A stretch of 64,000 nt of DNA from Selaginella moellendorffii (Eukaryota > Plantae > Lycopodiophyta). The DNA is taken from positions 62,001 through 126,000 of the forward strand of contig NW_003314377.1 in assembly GCF_000143415.4 (NCBI RefSeq), in the 5' to 3' direction. Below the pieces are notes generated by a model that searched no databases, was not told where the DNA came from, and saw nothing but the letters and a program-made list of their open reading frames with translations. A program made the translations under genes and the position numbers. Positions 13,334 to 26,189 of the stretch are shown here, one piece after another; position 1 is the first letter of the stretch, and the number at the start of each line of letters is the position of its first letter.

Positions 13334-14745
13334 GGGCTGGCCACCTCGGGCACTTTGGCCACCTGAGAGGCCGAGGTTATTTGAATAACCTTAGCCCCTT
13401 GGGCAACCAAAATGCTTGAGGTCGAGCTCGGGCCAGCCACCTCAGGCACTTTGACTGCCCAAGGGGCCAAGGTTATTCAAATAACCTCAGCCTGTCGGGC
13501 AGCCAAAGTGCCCAAGGTCAAGCCCAGGTTGGCAACTTCGAGCACTTTCACTACCCAAGGGGCTGAGGTTATTCAAACAACCTCAGCCCTTTAGGCAGCC
13601 AAAGTGCCTGAGGTTGAGCCTGGGCCAGCCACCTCGGGCACTTTGGTCGCCCAAGGGGTCGAGGTTATTTCAATAACCTCGGACCCTCAGGTGGCCAAAG
13701 TGCCCAAGGTTGAGCTCGAGCTAGCCACCTCGGGCACTTTGGCTGCCCAAGGGGCTGAGGTTATTTGAATAACCTCAGCCTCTCAGGTGGTCAAAATGCC
13801 CGAGGTCGAGCCTGGGCTGGGTTTAGGGTTTAGGGTTTATGTTACCTCGGCCTGTCGGGCAGCCAAAGTGCTCAAGGTGGCCAGCCTGGGCTTGACCTCG
13901 GGCACTTTGGCTACTCGAGGGCCTGAGGTTTTTCACAGCCTATTGGGCAGCCAAAGTGCCCGAGGTCAAGCCTGGGCTAGCCAGCACTTTGGCTGCTCAA
14001 GGGGTTGAGGTTATTCAAACAACCTTAGCTCCTCGGGCAGCCAAAGTGCCTGAGGTTGAGCTTGGGCTGGCTATCTAGGGCACTTTGGNNNNNNNNNNNN
14101 NNNNNNNNNNNNNNNNNNNNNNNNNNNNNNNNNNNNNNNNNNNNNNNNNNNNNNNNNNNNNNNNNNNNNNNNNNNNNNNNNNNNNNNNNNNNNNNNNNNN
14201 NNNNNNNNNNNNNNNNNNNNNNNNNNNNNNNNNNNNNNNCCACCTAAGGGGCCGAGGTTATTCAAATAACCTCAGCCCCTCGGGTGGCCAAAGTGCCTGA
14301 GGTGGCCGGCTCGGGCTCAATCTCAGGCACTTTGGCCACCCGAGGGGCCAAGTTTATTCAAATAACCTCGGCCCCTTGGTGGCCAAAGTTCCCAAGGTGG
14401 CCAGCCTGGGCTTGACCTCGGGCACTTTGGCCACTTGAGGGGCCGAGGTTATTCAAATAACCTCAAGGGGCCAAGGTTGAGCTCGAGTTGGCCACCTCGG
14501 GCACTTTAGCTGTCTGAGGAGCCAAGATTATTCAAATAACCTTGGCCTATCAGGCAGCCAATGTGCCCGAGGTTGAGCTTGGGCCTACCACCTTAGGCAC
14601 TTTGGCTGCCCAAGCAGCCACTGAAGTGTTCAAGGTAGTTGGCTTGAGCTCGACCTTGGGCACTTTAGGGGTTGGAGGGGCTGAGGTTATTTGAATAACC
14701 TCAGCCCCCTGGGCAACCAAACTGCCCAAGATGGAGTTTGGGCCT
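13334..14745. repeat. 96-bp foldback satellite made of alternating palindromes (contains an assembly gap)
   Basis: GGTTATT(C/T)(A/G)AATAACC cores recur at ~13375, 13471, 13568, 13663 and 13759. They alternate with GCCAAAGTGCCCGAGGT...ACCTCGGGCACTTTGGC inverted pairs. Confidence 0.9.
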
Positions 14746-14828
14746 ACTTGATTTTTTTTTTCTCTTTGATTGTTTTAATTTCTTATTATCTTTATTTAGT
14801 TTGACTAACAAAATTTTTTCTCTTGCAG

Positions 14829-17800
14829 AAAAGAAAATTTGTACTACACAAAAAAGTTGTTGGAGCAAAAAAGACACGAAAAGTTCAATTTAACACTAAT
14901 GACAACATCACAATCGACATATCCATTAGCACATTAACAAAAACATATTTACTTAGAGATCCATCACCTCCACCATCACCACCTCCACCATTGCCATCGC
15001 CACTTCCACCACCACCATCACCACCTCCATCATCACTATTGCTACCACCACTGCCACTATTGCCTCCACCTCCGCCGCCACCACCACCACCCCCACCATC
15101 ACCACTACTACCTCCACTTTACTCCTCACTAGCCCACCACCAGCACAAATCTTTGAAGTTGGGCAATTTAATGGTGTTTATAGTAGGGAATCTAAGGTAT
15201 AGTTTGGAGTTGAAAGATTTGTAGACCTTCTTGACAACGTGGTGGACAAGTGCTTCCAAAAGACTATTATGCCAACAAGGGAAAAAGTAGTTCACCAAAC
15301 ACTTGAGGCACTCAAGTGGCTAGGCCCTTGTGATTTGATTAGAGAAATCCCCTTTTTTCGTTTGCAACAGACAAACCTTGTCCACACAACATCAAAATAT
15401 ATCAACTCAGATATATACAGCTTGTTCAAACAAAATGGCCATGCGATAAATATCAATATGTTTCTAGTTTCGTTTTGCAAGCCAGGAACAATGGAGATCT
15501 TTACTATCACAATGTCAGATTGTGAATAGCTAAGATCCTATTTGGAGGAGGAAGTCCCTAGAATTTAATAACACACTTATTAGACATCCTAAGACTCGAC
15601 AGCTTGTGAGGACAATATTCCAAACTATTGATGGTAACCACTAATATAAGGCTTGGATGAAGTGTATCGAAGATCATTTTCTCAATGATCCCATCTACCA
15701 TATCAACGTTCCAATCGGCATGTCTATGCAAGGGGACCTTTGGATGTCAACAAACTTATCTTGGCCTACCAAAAGATCAATGTGTAAGTTTTATAATTTT
15801 ACCTCTAACTTGTAAGCGACTAATTTTTTTATTCTACTTTAGTCACTTAACCACACCTCCGACCATTTGGAAGAGTCTCATTCACAACCTCCATAAGTCC
15901 AATTCAAGATTTAGGGCTTGCTAGCTTTGAGAATGGCATCCATGCCACTCAACCATTGCACTAGGTCCAAGTGCTCCACGTGTCTGATCCCATAACCAAC
16001 ACCACAAGGTACTACTGACATATCAGCTCATTATGTTAAGGCCATACCCATTCACCTTGGTGATACCGGTGGGCCAACACCACTTACATCACAGTCTTTT
16101 CTCTCAAAGACTGGGCCATCTGTCCATGAGTGATCATCTTAGATTCAACATCCTTAAGATGCCCACAGACATGGGGAATAGCCTTCCCAATATCCCTTTT
16201 GCAGCATTTGGGTGCTTTAGCCATGGGATTAAAGTGAGGTTTCATTGAGCCACACTAGATATCCAAGTAGGTAGTGCCACCCATACTTGGATTGGGAGCA
16301 TTGACCATTCAATCTCCCGGGGGAACTAGAGCTGGCTCTTGAACACTTCACCAAGTTACCTCGCTTGTTGGTCCATATTCACTCTAGCCTTGGACTTCCC
16401 AATGGTTATCTCATCACCCAATACTTAGGTATAGCCTTCTTGGGCTAAACTAACATTTCTTGGCCAAACTAGCTCTACTGAGGTTTAACCCCAACACTCT
16501 CCCTACTATACTTTTGGAACCCCTTGCAGCCCCCCCCCTAGGGGACAATCACTTTGGGCTTTCACCAACAGCCTTTATTAGTATTCGGACTGGGACTGGG
16601 ACTTGAATTTGGACTTAGACTTGGACTCGGACTTGGTCTCGGTCTCGGACTCGGACTTGGACTTGGTCTCGGTCTCGGTCTCAGTTCCATTTCAGACTCC
16701 ATCTTGGGTCCATCTCGGACTCCATCTTAGACTCCATCTCAGGTCCATCTCGGACTCCATCTTGGACTTCATCTTGAGTTTTCCATATGTCATGTGTTAG
16801 TCCTCTTGTGTCTCTTTTCTAGAGACTCACTTACTGCTTGTTTTGTGCTCATTCCTCGAGCCCTTCATTGGGAGTTTACTCCCACTCTCAACTTCTCAAG
16901 TTGGAGCTTTTAGTCCAAACATGTTACGCTTGTTTGGCTTTTGTTTCGGCCACTACCACATGGCACCCACTTTGGGGCCTAAGGATTTTATGTCTAACAC
17001 AACTCCACTTTAACTTGTTTTGTCATGTTTAAATGCAAGCTTGGGCAATTTATTGTTCAAAAGTAAAACCTTATCCATGACATCAAACAACTTCAATTTT
17101 TAGCAGACTTGAGTGAGGATGACATCTGCCAACATTATGATGATGATCTTGCAACACTTGTTCAGCACTCACACACTCGAAATGCCAGTATAACTTGGTT
17201 TAACAACCCAATCAATTTTATGCTCATTATATGGTGCAAAGTATATCTTTCCCTTTCATTTTATAAGGGCTTTTTTTAATTGTTTTGGTTTTTAAATTTT
17301 GGTGAAGGTCAAGCAAGATGCTTATGAACTTGTATATCCAGAGAAGAGTCAGGAAGAGTTCTCAGAACTAAGTTCATACAAATTAAGCACAAAATTCAAC
17401 ATGCAAATTCTTCAAAGTTAAAGAAACTAGGATATATTGCAAACAATTGTAGGCCGAAGGAGTGGCTAGAGACTATAGCCGAAATTTTTTCTCATGAATA
17501 TAAGTTTCTTATCACACTTCATTTTTGTCAATTATGCATATTTACTTTTTGTAGTGAACAAAACTCCAGATGACATGATTTATAATATCACAAAATTGAA
17601 GCTTTAGTATAAGCAACAGATAGAGACTCTGGAGTTCCTTATTTTCTTCTTGTTGAATAGAGAGAAAGGACTACTAGAACTATTTGAGAACATGATGAAA
17701 AGGGTTGTCTACATCATGCAAACTATAAGTGAAGGTGAGAAGGTATGTGTCTGTAACTCATTCTTGAATCTATTATACATCCATATGTGCACATTTTCCA

Positions 17801-18050
17801 GAACCGCCACTGGGCAATTCCTATAGTGCTCAAGAAAAGTTTGTAAACCCATAGAGCCACTTATCTTGTCCAAGAAAAAGTAGCATATTAAACACCGAAT
17901 GTATTAGCATTCTGTGCTTTCAAGTAGTCTTGCCATGTCAGGAGCAAAATCTTGCAAAAACATGTGGCATTGCTCTTGAAGCGTTGGAAGCAATCCCTAT
18001 CTAATAACAAGATTTGGAATTTCATATATAGGGAGCTCTAATTCAACTTT
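14829..18050 (+). pseudogene. Heavily decayed intron-containing gene, possibly a MULE/SWIM-type transposase (mirror copy ~31200-34446 -)
   Basis: An acceptor ttgcag lies at 14823-14828, followed by a Pro-rich exon and further GT/AG-bounded exon-like blocks. A decayed CxC...CKH-like segment lies near 17900-17975. There are many stops. Confidence 0.3.
15811..16999 (-). mobile_element. Old solo LTR, pre-dating the inverted duplication
   Basis: TGT...ACA ends, flanks taact/caact (5-bp TSD, 1 mismatch), hexamer repeats and a poly-C/TATA-like module related to the other LTRs. Confidence 0.82.
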
Positions 18051-18787
18051 ACTAAAGCTCTTAGTAAAAAACGCATTATTATATGGAGGTGAAGGTAGAA
18101 TGTTGGTAGAACTTGGGGATGGAGGTGGAGAATAATATAAAATGCTAGGGGGCTAAGTACAAGTAGTAGTGACTTTCCTTCGAGCCATTTCAATACAAAC
18201 TTCTAAGGAGCTCAAGGAAAACAAAAAAACTACAATGACTATAACTTTTCTAGATAGTTTATATACTACGGGAATGAGATTTATTTATTATAACACTAAC
18301 AATACTCATATTCTTTAAATGTCAGTTTTGGAAATGAGGCTTCATAATCATAGCTTGCTTGTAAACATAAGAGCTTCTAGAATTTTAGATTATCGCATAT
18401 ACACATGCTTTATCATTATAATAAAATCCTACTTTACTACACATATATTCTTTTCTACACATGCCAAATGTTTAGGGAAATAGACTGCAAGGAAATATAA
18501 AGCACATTATAGTGGCAGAGCACATTGGCACGTTACCATTCCCTTATATGAGATTTCAGTCTTAGAAATATAGATAAAGTTGATTCTTTGATGTAATATT
18601 ACTTTTGAGTCTTTTGAAAGATTTCGATTTCTTTTATTATTATTCACAAACAACTCTCAAAAACTTTTAATGAGGATTCACTGCAAAAATATATCTTGGT
18701 CTTATCATATGAGAGGATTGTGATATAAGTAGGCAACAAAGTTTTTATTATGAATTAATATTTAAATTACAAATATCATGAAAAGTG

Positions 18788-19054
18788 TTATGGAGTAGAT
18801 TTTTTGGTGCTTTCCATCGTGTTGTTCATTTCTTCATTTCTTTTACTTTGGACTATTGTTTTAAAAGTAACAGGAGCATTTTTATCAATCATGATAGTGG
18901 TCTTCACATTCTCAAATAAGTAATAAAGACTAGAAGTGTAATATAGAGATTGTGGTAATGAAACAAAATTAGCATTCTCACATTCCTTTGCACTATAATT
19001 TTTATTCATAGATATTGGATTTTCCTTGATTCCCATCTTCTCAAGAACCCTCAA
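18788..19054 (-). pseudogene. Small ORF homologous to ORF3 of the Sola-like element (mirror copy 30197-30463 +)
   Basis: FVSLPQSLYYT...NAPVTFKTIVQSK...TMESTKK aligns with YISLPNSPYYT...NAPVTSETTIQSK...TAESTKK at 36910-37167. Confidence 0.7.
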
Positions 19055-19248
19055 AAATCTTTTGAATGAAGGAAAAGTATCTACAACAATAAAAATATTT
19101 AAAGTATTTAATCAAATCAAAATATAACAGCTGTAACAATAGTCATAATAAAATAATATAGCTTTATAAAAGATAGATTTTTATGAACTTTGTCTTTTCT
19201 AAACAATTCAATCTTATAGAAACTTTTAACTCAAATATTTACGTATTT

Positions 19249-19993
19249 ACGCTTCTCCCATGTAGAGACAAGGCTGGGCTCACGACGCTCTTGGACAGGC
19301 AAACGATTTACAGTGGTATGTACCATTCCCAGAGGCTGCTTATCACTTCCAGTGACTTCGATCGGGACGAAGAAGGCACGACATTGGAGCAAGTTGTTTT
19401 CCGAAAGCTGCAAGACTGGACACTCTCCAGCATGTTTGGCTCAAAGCTGGTAGGCAAGTGCCCGCTTGCAACTACAAGTAGTGTCTATCTGGAGCTGGAG
19501 AAGAGCTTGGCGAAGCACTTGGCTGGAGATCTCAGCGAAGAAACAGGCATCAACTTCGCGGACAGTCGTGTTTTCAGTCTCAGCCCTGCTCCAAGTCGGG
19601 TGCTCGCGTCCTCTTCACGCTCTCTTTTTCTGGCACACACAGCGAGCTTGATCTCGGCATCACTTGGACAGCCCCGGTGGATTGGTCTCCGGCTCGGGCT
19701 CAGTTCTACACAAGCTGGTCCTTGGCTGGCAGCGGGAATGCAAGGGGATCCATCGTCATTTCGTTTCGGGCAAATGATGGTTCTTCCCGGGACTGTTACT
19801 CTCCAGGCATCGAGGCAGCCGAGGATGATACCGAGGTATGTTCGTTTGTATGGCCACACGCTACAGGTTTCGTCGGATTGCTGAAACGTGGAGTTTTGGG
19901 GCTGATGAGATTCACACCAGCAGAAGATCGCAAAGCTCCTGCGGCTGTGGAGATTGCTCTGCGAGTTTCTATTGCAACCCAGGCCATAACTCT
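19249..19993 (+). pseudogene. PIGT: PIG-T fragment, copy 2, starting exactly at the inner end of the left arm
   Basis: Near-identical to 2874-3618. The 19183 ORF start is arm sequence fused in frame. Confidence 0.88.
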
Positions 19994-20323
19994 TGACGAT
20001 CCATTACCACGATGATCGATTCACAACCCAAGAGGGGGCTTTGCCAAGGACGAAACGCCGAGCAGCACGAATGCGGGGGATAATCTCATCTGGTGGGCGA
20101 TCTAACAAAAACGCCATGGATTTCGCAAAGACCCCTGTCATATGGTTCAAGTACATGGTATGATTTTTTTATTACGGGAACCCGGTTGCTGAGATGATGG
20201 CTATCAGGTAAGTGTAGAGGTAAACCGTTGTAGAAGACCCGGGTTCGATGCCGAAGGGTCCACTCAACAAGGACTTTTATGCAAAAAATTTTCTAAATAA
20301 AAAGCCATTATTCTGGTTCGCCA

Positions 20324-23300
20324 TGTGAGCTATATACAGGAGCAAGTGGTTCGGATTGAAACCAATCCGACAGCTACTAAAATCCCACTATGTTAATATT
20401 AGTATACAGCTGTACACTTGGCCCTCACATCATCCCCTCCTTTCGGAATAATGAAAGACCATCAGGGTTTTCTTGTAGACGGGCTTAGATCTGGAGGAAC
20501 ATCAGAAGGAGGCATTGGCGGATCTATAGGTGGTATTAACTACTCCTAATCCCTTTGTATAAAGCATTTCAACCGTTGCACATGCATAATTTCTGGAGAA
20601 TTAGCCTGTTGGACGTCATGCTGAACCTCATAAACTTGTGGTCCAACTTGCCGCAACACCTGATACGGTCCTTTCCACTGGGCAAGAAGTCCGTTAGATA
20701 AACCATGTACTGTAAGATGGGGAAAACAAACTAACACCAAATCATCTATTTTGTACTCCACAGGTGGATAATGATGGGAGTTGTAGCACTATTATTGTCC
20801 CACTTGTATGCAGCCTAAGTGTTCAGCAAACTCTGCTCGAACAAGTGGAAGAATGCTTGTCAAATACTGATCCCACGACTTAGCATCGGTAGCTCGTGGC
20901 AATTGCGACGGTAAACCCAGCTCCGTTGGTAATATTGGATCATGACCATATAAGAGTTTATATGATGAAGCACTAATAGAACTCTACACCCCTGTGATAT
21001 ATGTATACCGAAGAGATGGCAAATAACCATCCTAATCCAAATGTTGAAAGTTCACATACTTTGCAATCATCCTTTTAAATGTCTAAATGAGCCATTCCTC
21101 TAAACTGTCTAATTATGGATGATAAGCACTCGTGAAAGTGTGGCATATCCCCAACCAAGACGACAAAAAATGAAATGCTTGAGCTATAAATATGCAACCA
21201 TTATCCGAAAGAATCTGCTCTGGACAAGAATGCTCGAACACCACTCGATTAAGGAGGAAGTATCCAAAAACAATTGCAAAGGTGTTAGCAAGAGCACCAA
21301 CTTCCACCCAATGAGTCAAGTAGTTAAAAGCAATAATAACATACTCATTGCCAACAGTCGACTGTGGAAAAGGTCCCATAAGATCAAATTCCACTAACTC
21401 AAACGGACGGGAAACTGTAATTGACTCCAACCGTCCTTCCACGACACGCAGGGGAATATTATGAGCTTGGCACCAAACGCAGCTATGTACATACCGGATA
21501 ACATCACGTCGCATCTCCAACCAGTAGAAAAACCTACGCAACTTCTCAGTTACACGATGATGTCCCATATGCCCACCTAGCAGTACGACCAATGAAGTTC
21601 TTCTGCTTCACTAATGAAGTGACAGCAACATGATCACCTTCAAATAATGTCCGAGAACCATGTAGATATGCATGAAGTTTCTCAAAACCTCAGAGTGCTG
21701 CTAAACACTCCTCTATTGTGGAGTAGTTCATCTCCACTGGTTGTAATATACAGCTTATATACACAATGGGATGGCACTGACCAAGCACACTTGAGCTTTC
21801 TTGCATCAACACTCCTTCAACACCAATGTTAGAAGCATCCACGCGCAAAATAAAAGGTCGAGTATAGTCAGGATATGCCAAAACCAGAGGAGTCGTCAAT
21901 AGCTCTTTGAGATCCACAAATGCCCACTCACAATCCGGAGACTAAATGAAAGATGACGTTGATAACTTCAGCAATGCTCGCAATGGTGTAGTGCAATCAA
22001 AAATATGATCCACAAAGCGACCGAGATACTGCACTTTGCCCAAGAAGCACTGCACATCATTTACACACTTCAGAGTAGGGAACTTTAGAACAGCCACAAG
22101 TTTGTCAAGATCAATTTGCAAACCCTCACGAGAAATATGGTACCTAAGATAAGTTGTGTCCTTGGAACTAAACATGCAGTTTGACCGCTTTAGCTTTGAA
22201 CTAACGTCCCGTAGCCAATCCAACACTTTACGAACATGATGAACATGCTCCTCCCACGTCCCCTCTGAGTGGATCAAGACATTATCAATGAAGTTAGAAA
22301 TCACCTCCGGCATATCACAAAGAACCTCATGCATCATCCGTTAGAAAGTTGCTGGAGCATTGTTCAAACCAAACGGCATCACTAAGAACTTATACAATCC
22401 AAATGGTATATGAAAAGTAGTCTTAAGAATATCTTCTTTAGCCATTGGTACTTGTCAGTACCCAGAAGCAAGATCTAGCTTGGTGAACTAACAACTTCGC
22501 TTTAGAAAATCCAAGAGATCAGCAGTGTGAGGAAGAGGGTACACATCTGGGATCGTCACTTCATTTAATAGATGATAGTCGATGCAAAAACGAATACTCC
22601 CATCAAACTTCGTCACAAGATAAAGTTCACATGCCCAAGGACTTTGCGACTTCCAAACAACACCCTTCTCTAACATTTTCTTAAACATTTGCATGTAAAA
22701 TCTTGATCTCTTTGGGTGACCGACGACGAATAGAAACCTTGATTGGACGAGCATCCCTATTTGGAATCGGATGACATATGGCAATCTTGGCCCCAGACGA
22801 TATGTCAAAGTAAAAGAGATCAGAATACTCCTTCATCAGCCGGTCAACTACTGCAACACAAAGATTGTCGAAAGGATTGGAAAAGGGAAGAGAAGAACAA
22901 GACGGAAATATAGGAGGAAATAGTGGGGGAACAAAAGTAATGGAAGCAAAGGTAAAAGTAGAGGGATGAAGAAGTATAGAAGTGAGAGGAAGGGATGAAA
23001 TATAAGGAAGTATAAAACAAGGGGAAAAAGCCTCAAAGTCACACTTGGCATGATTGCACTGCAACCAATCCATACCAAGGATGAGGTCAAAACCTTGACT
23101 CGGCACCACCCGCAAGAACTGCAACTCAAGCTCGAGATTGCCCACATGCACAACCAAGTCCGCCTCATCCCGTGCACATGCATGTGTATGGCCGTTGCCA
23201 TAAAGAATGAAAACTGGTTCCACTACACAATGCAAGTGTAAATGGCAACATGTGGCAACAGGTCGAGCAATAGAAGATAAACTCAAACTTGTGTCAATCA

Positions 23301-23790
23301 ACATGGAGAGAATAATAGGAGACCTCTTGTTATAAAAATGAGCTTGGAAAGTAAACACTGGATGAACCGGTGCTAAATAAACCCCTTCATGATACTCCCG
23401 AAAGAAAGATGGAAGGGTCACTGAATTATTCGCACAAGGTCCCTCCATTACTCGCACGACTCCTCATTTCCTAGATGCATTGCAGTGTCTAGACCTTCCA
23501 CTACAGCAGCACCAACAGGATGTTGTTGATGCCAAGGTTTCCACCCAGAAAATGCAGGTCGCCAATCCAAAAAACACTAACAACACCGATAAATATGCCC
23601 AACTTCATCACATGCCCAATAGCGAACGTCACGGCCACGACCACATCCTCGCCCTTGTCCTTGGACTCGAGCAACAGCAGCATCAACCTCCATTGGAACA
23701 GGACTATCGCCTATAGGAAAAAGAGCAAAAGGACGGGCAGCGAGAAGTGGAAGAGGGGACATCTCATAACATTGTGCTAAGCAAAGAACT
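20324..23790 (-). mobile_element. 5'-truncated degenerate Ty3/Gypsy element (gag knuckle, PR, RT, RNase H, IN; no chromodomain) with a 106-bp 3' LTR (20324-20429)
   Basis: Motifs PVPMEVD, WACDEVGH, LIDTS, RFCIDY, FIDNVLI, VDASNIG, GHMG...CVWCQ, SDNG, SAYHP and WKGPYQV are present. PPT gaaaggaggggatga is followed by TGTGAG...CTCACA. Confidence 0.9.
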
Positions 23791-23916
23791 ACCCCACTTG
23801 TCGGTCTGTATTCACTTTAGCTTTGGACTTCCCAATGGTCATCCCATCACCTAACAGCTGGGTATGGCATTCCTAAGCCAAACTGGCTCCACTGGGATCC
23901 AACCCCACCCCTGCAG

Positions 23917-25479
23917 CCTTCAATAGGACAATGTATTCAACAATTTTGCATGCCAAGAAATTGAGTAAATTTTGTTTAACTGGTAAGCTTGACTACACCA
24001 GTACCCATTGTGGAGTCACCAATGCAAAATTCTATGAGGCTAAAGGTGTTGGTTCTATTTTCATTGAGATTAACAAATGGCACTATACACATGTCCCAGA
24101 AATACAAGAAAATTTCTTATCTATGAGAAGCCTTACTGATACTAGTCTTCAATTTTCTGGAGATCAACACAGTATTACTTTTTATTTTGATGTGGTCAAG
24201 GTGATGCATAGTACCTATATATAAGTTTGATGCTATTTTAATGCCTCTCCTTATCAAAGAATCTAACTGGTTCTAGCATAAAAAGTATGGAAGTAGAAAT
24301 GTCACATACACTTTGGGATTGCTTGCTGATCCTCTCTCCCACCTCTTATTGGTTATGGACAAGATCAGGCTTTTTTCACATTAAAGCCTTAATGTTATGA
24401 AAGATCAGTAGTCCAGTGGTGCCTTGGTTCGAGCTATGCAAAAGAATATTTGTGATAGTTACTCATTTTATGCCCTAGATAGCACTTGAAAGTTCGTGGC
24501 ATTTGGTGCGGTGACAACTGGGACGCTTCCAGATAGAACAGAAAGTGGTAGTTCTGCACCATCAAACTCCTGCTGCTCTCACTAGCAATAATCAAGAGGC
24601 ACGAGAGATTTAGTTCTCCTGTGGCAGATCAATGCGGGGGTGATCCTAGGGAACTGTAATCACCCCTTTGGCGCTTGTCAAAAGCCTCGACCACGCTCTT
24701 GCTGAGAAAGTGTTAAAGCTGACAGTGAGGGTGGCGTCCTCCTTCGCATAAACCTTTCATGTAGACACCATGGAAGTCTGGCTAGTAAATATCCTTGATG
24801 CCAAGAATCGGGGTGATTTTTGGGTGCTAAAATCGGGAGGAGTATCAAGCTCGGGCAGGACGGCAGTCTCTCCGAGAAAAAGCGGGCTTGTTTGATTCCC
24901 CCAAACCCACCAGGCACATGGAGAACTTCGTCCACTTGAGCTGCCTGAGGATGGAATTGCCTGTTCGTGACAGGAATGGATGGTGAATGTGTGGCGTCGA
25001 TGCTCCAAGCACAGCCCTGAACCTGGAAAGATCACACCGAAAGCTTACAAAGTCTACTTCTCTGGAAGTTCATACCTCTCAACCTTGGTCCCTGAAAACG
25101 TATCCCGCCGCCAAGGCACCAAACACAAGGTCAGCGTCGAGAAAGCTAGACTGCGAGGAGGAGGAGGAGGAGCGACAGGAGGAGCGCCTGCGATTGATCA
25201 TGTCTTGTCAATGGAATCAGACGAGACAAGAGAGGCTGGAGCCGCCGCTGCGCCGACAGGCCAGGAAATGGACTATCACAGCTGCTGCAGTCTCCAGCTT
25301 GCCCACGTCAATCTGCGCAAGGCTGAGGTGCTCCAGCGTCGCAATGCCAGAGCATCCGCATTGATGATCGACGATGATTCAGTATTTGGCTTGCAAGTAT
25401 TTACAAATATCGGGAAGAGAATCGAACCCGAAACGTTTGTTTTGGGAGACCGATGTCCTAAATGACTGTTCTTGTGAGC
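23917..25479 (+). repeat. Inverted copy of 3949-5539 (unidentified gene-like block plus Copia fragment)
   Basis: See the 3949-5539 entry. Confidence 0.93.
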
Positions 25480-26189
25480 AAGTTAGGGTTTTTGGGTTAA
25501 TTGATATGCATTTTCTGTATTCCCTTTCCATACACAATATAGCAACTTTATTATTATTAAAATATTTAGGTTATTTTATATAAAGTTTAGTCAGTTAATA
25601 AAAAGTTATAAGTTCTTTCAATGCATTTTTGAGCATAATTAGATAACAATGCTCACCTCCCTCCATGATTTATAGTGGAAAAGGGCAACACTTGCAATAT
25701 TACCCCTCCTATTGTGGAACAAAAGTTCTCCACTTATACTTCTATTGCTTAAAGTTTCTCCTTATTGCTAGCTTTAGTAGCAAACACAAGAAAGTGTAAC
25801 ATAGCTTGCAATCCAGCAACTTTGCTACTTCGTTTTCACCAGGATGCATGAAAGATATAAAACCAGCCAAGCACAGATCCTTCAAAGGCAAGAATGGACA
25901 CATGATCCTAAACTCCTCAAAGAGAAACCCATTTCAAGCCTATAATGATATAAGTATCCAACTCAAGAATTTTTTTTTAACTTGTACATCTTCCTCTGTG
26001 GATCTAACAAAGAGTAGTTTTTATCACCCAAAAGCTACAAGAGAAGCTCTCCCAAAGCTCCTCTCTTTTCTCTTTGTGTCAAGTGTATGGAAAATGCAAG
26101 CGCCAATTTTCACCTTTTTTGTTCTGTCAAAATACCTCTTGAGGAGTCTGGACAGAATGACTTTTCCGAGAGCTCAGAGTCCTATCATG

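Larger units (their letters stand above)
7076..19249 (+). repeat. Left arm of large inverted duplication
   Basis: Mirror-ordered ORF pairs: 7075/63002, 9028/61131, 10403/58490, 11593/49474, 14823/34051, 16838/32225, 18788/30197. Boundaries were read at 7076/63255 and 19249/30002. Confidence 0.95.

Noticed and set aside
14823-15224. Extensin or formin-like proline-rich gene
   Set aside because: It is a CCA/CCT microsatellite-like exon within a decayed, stop-ridden region, with no supporting domains.
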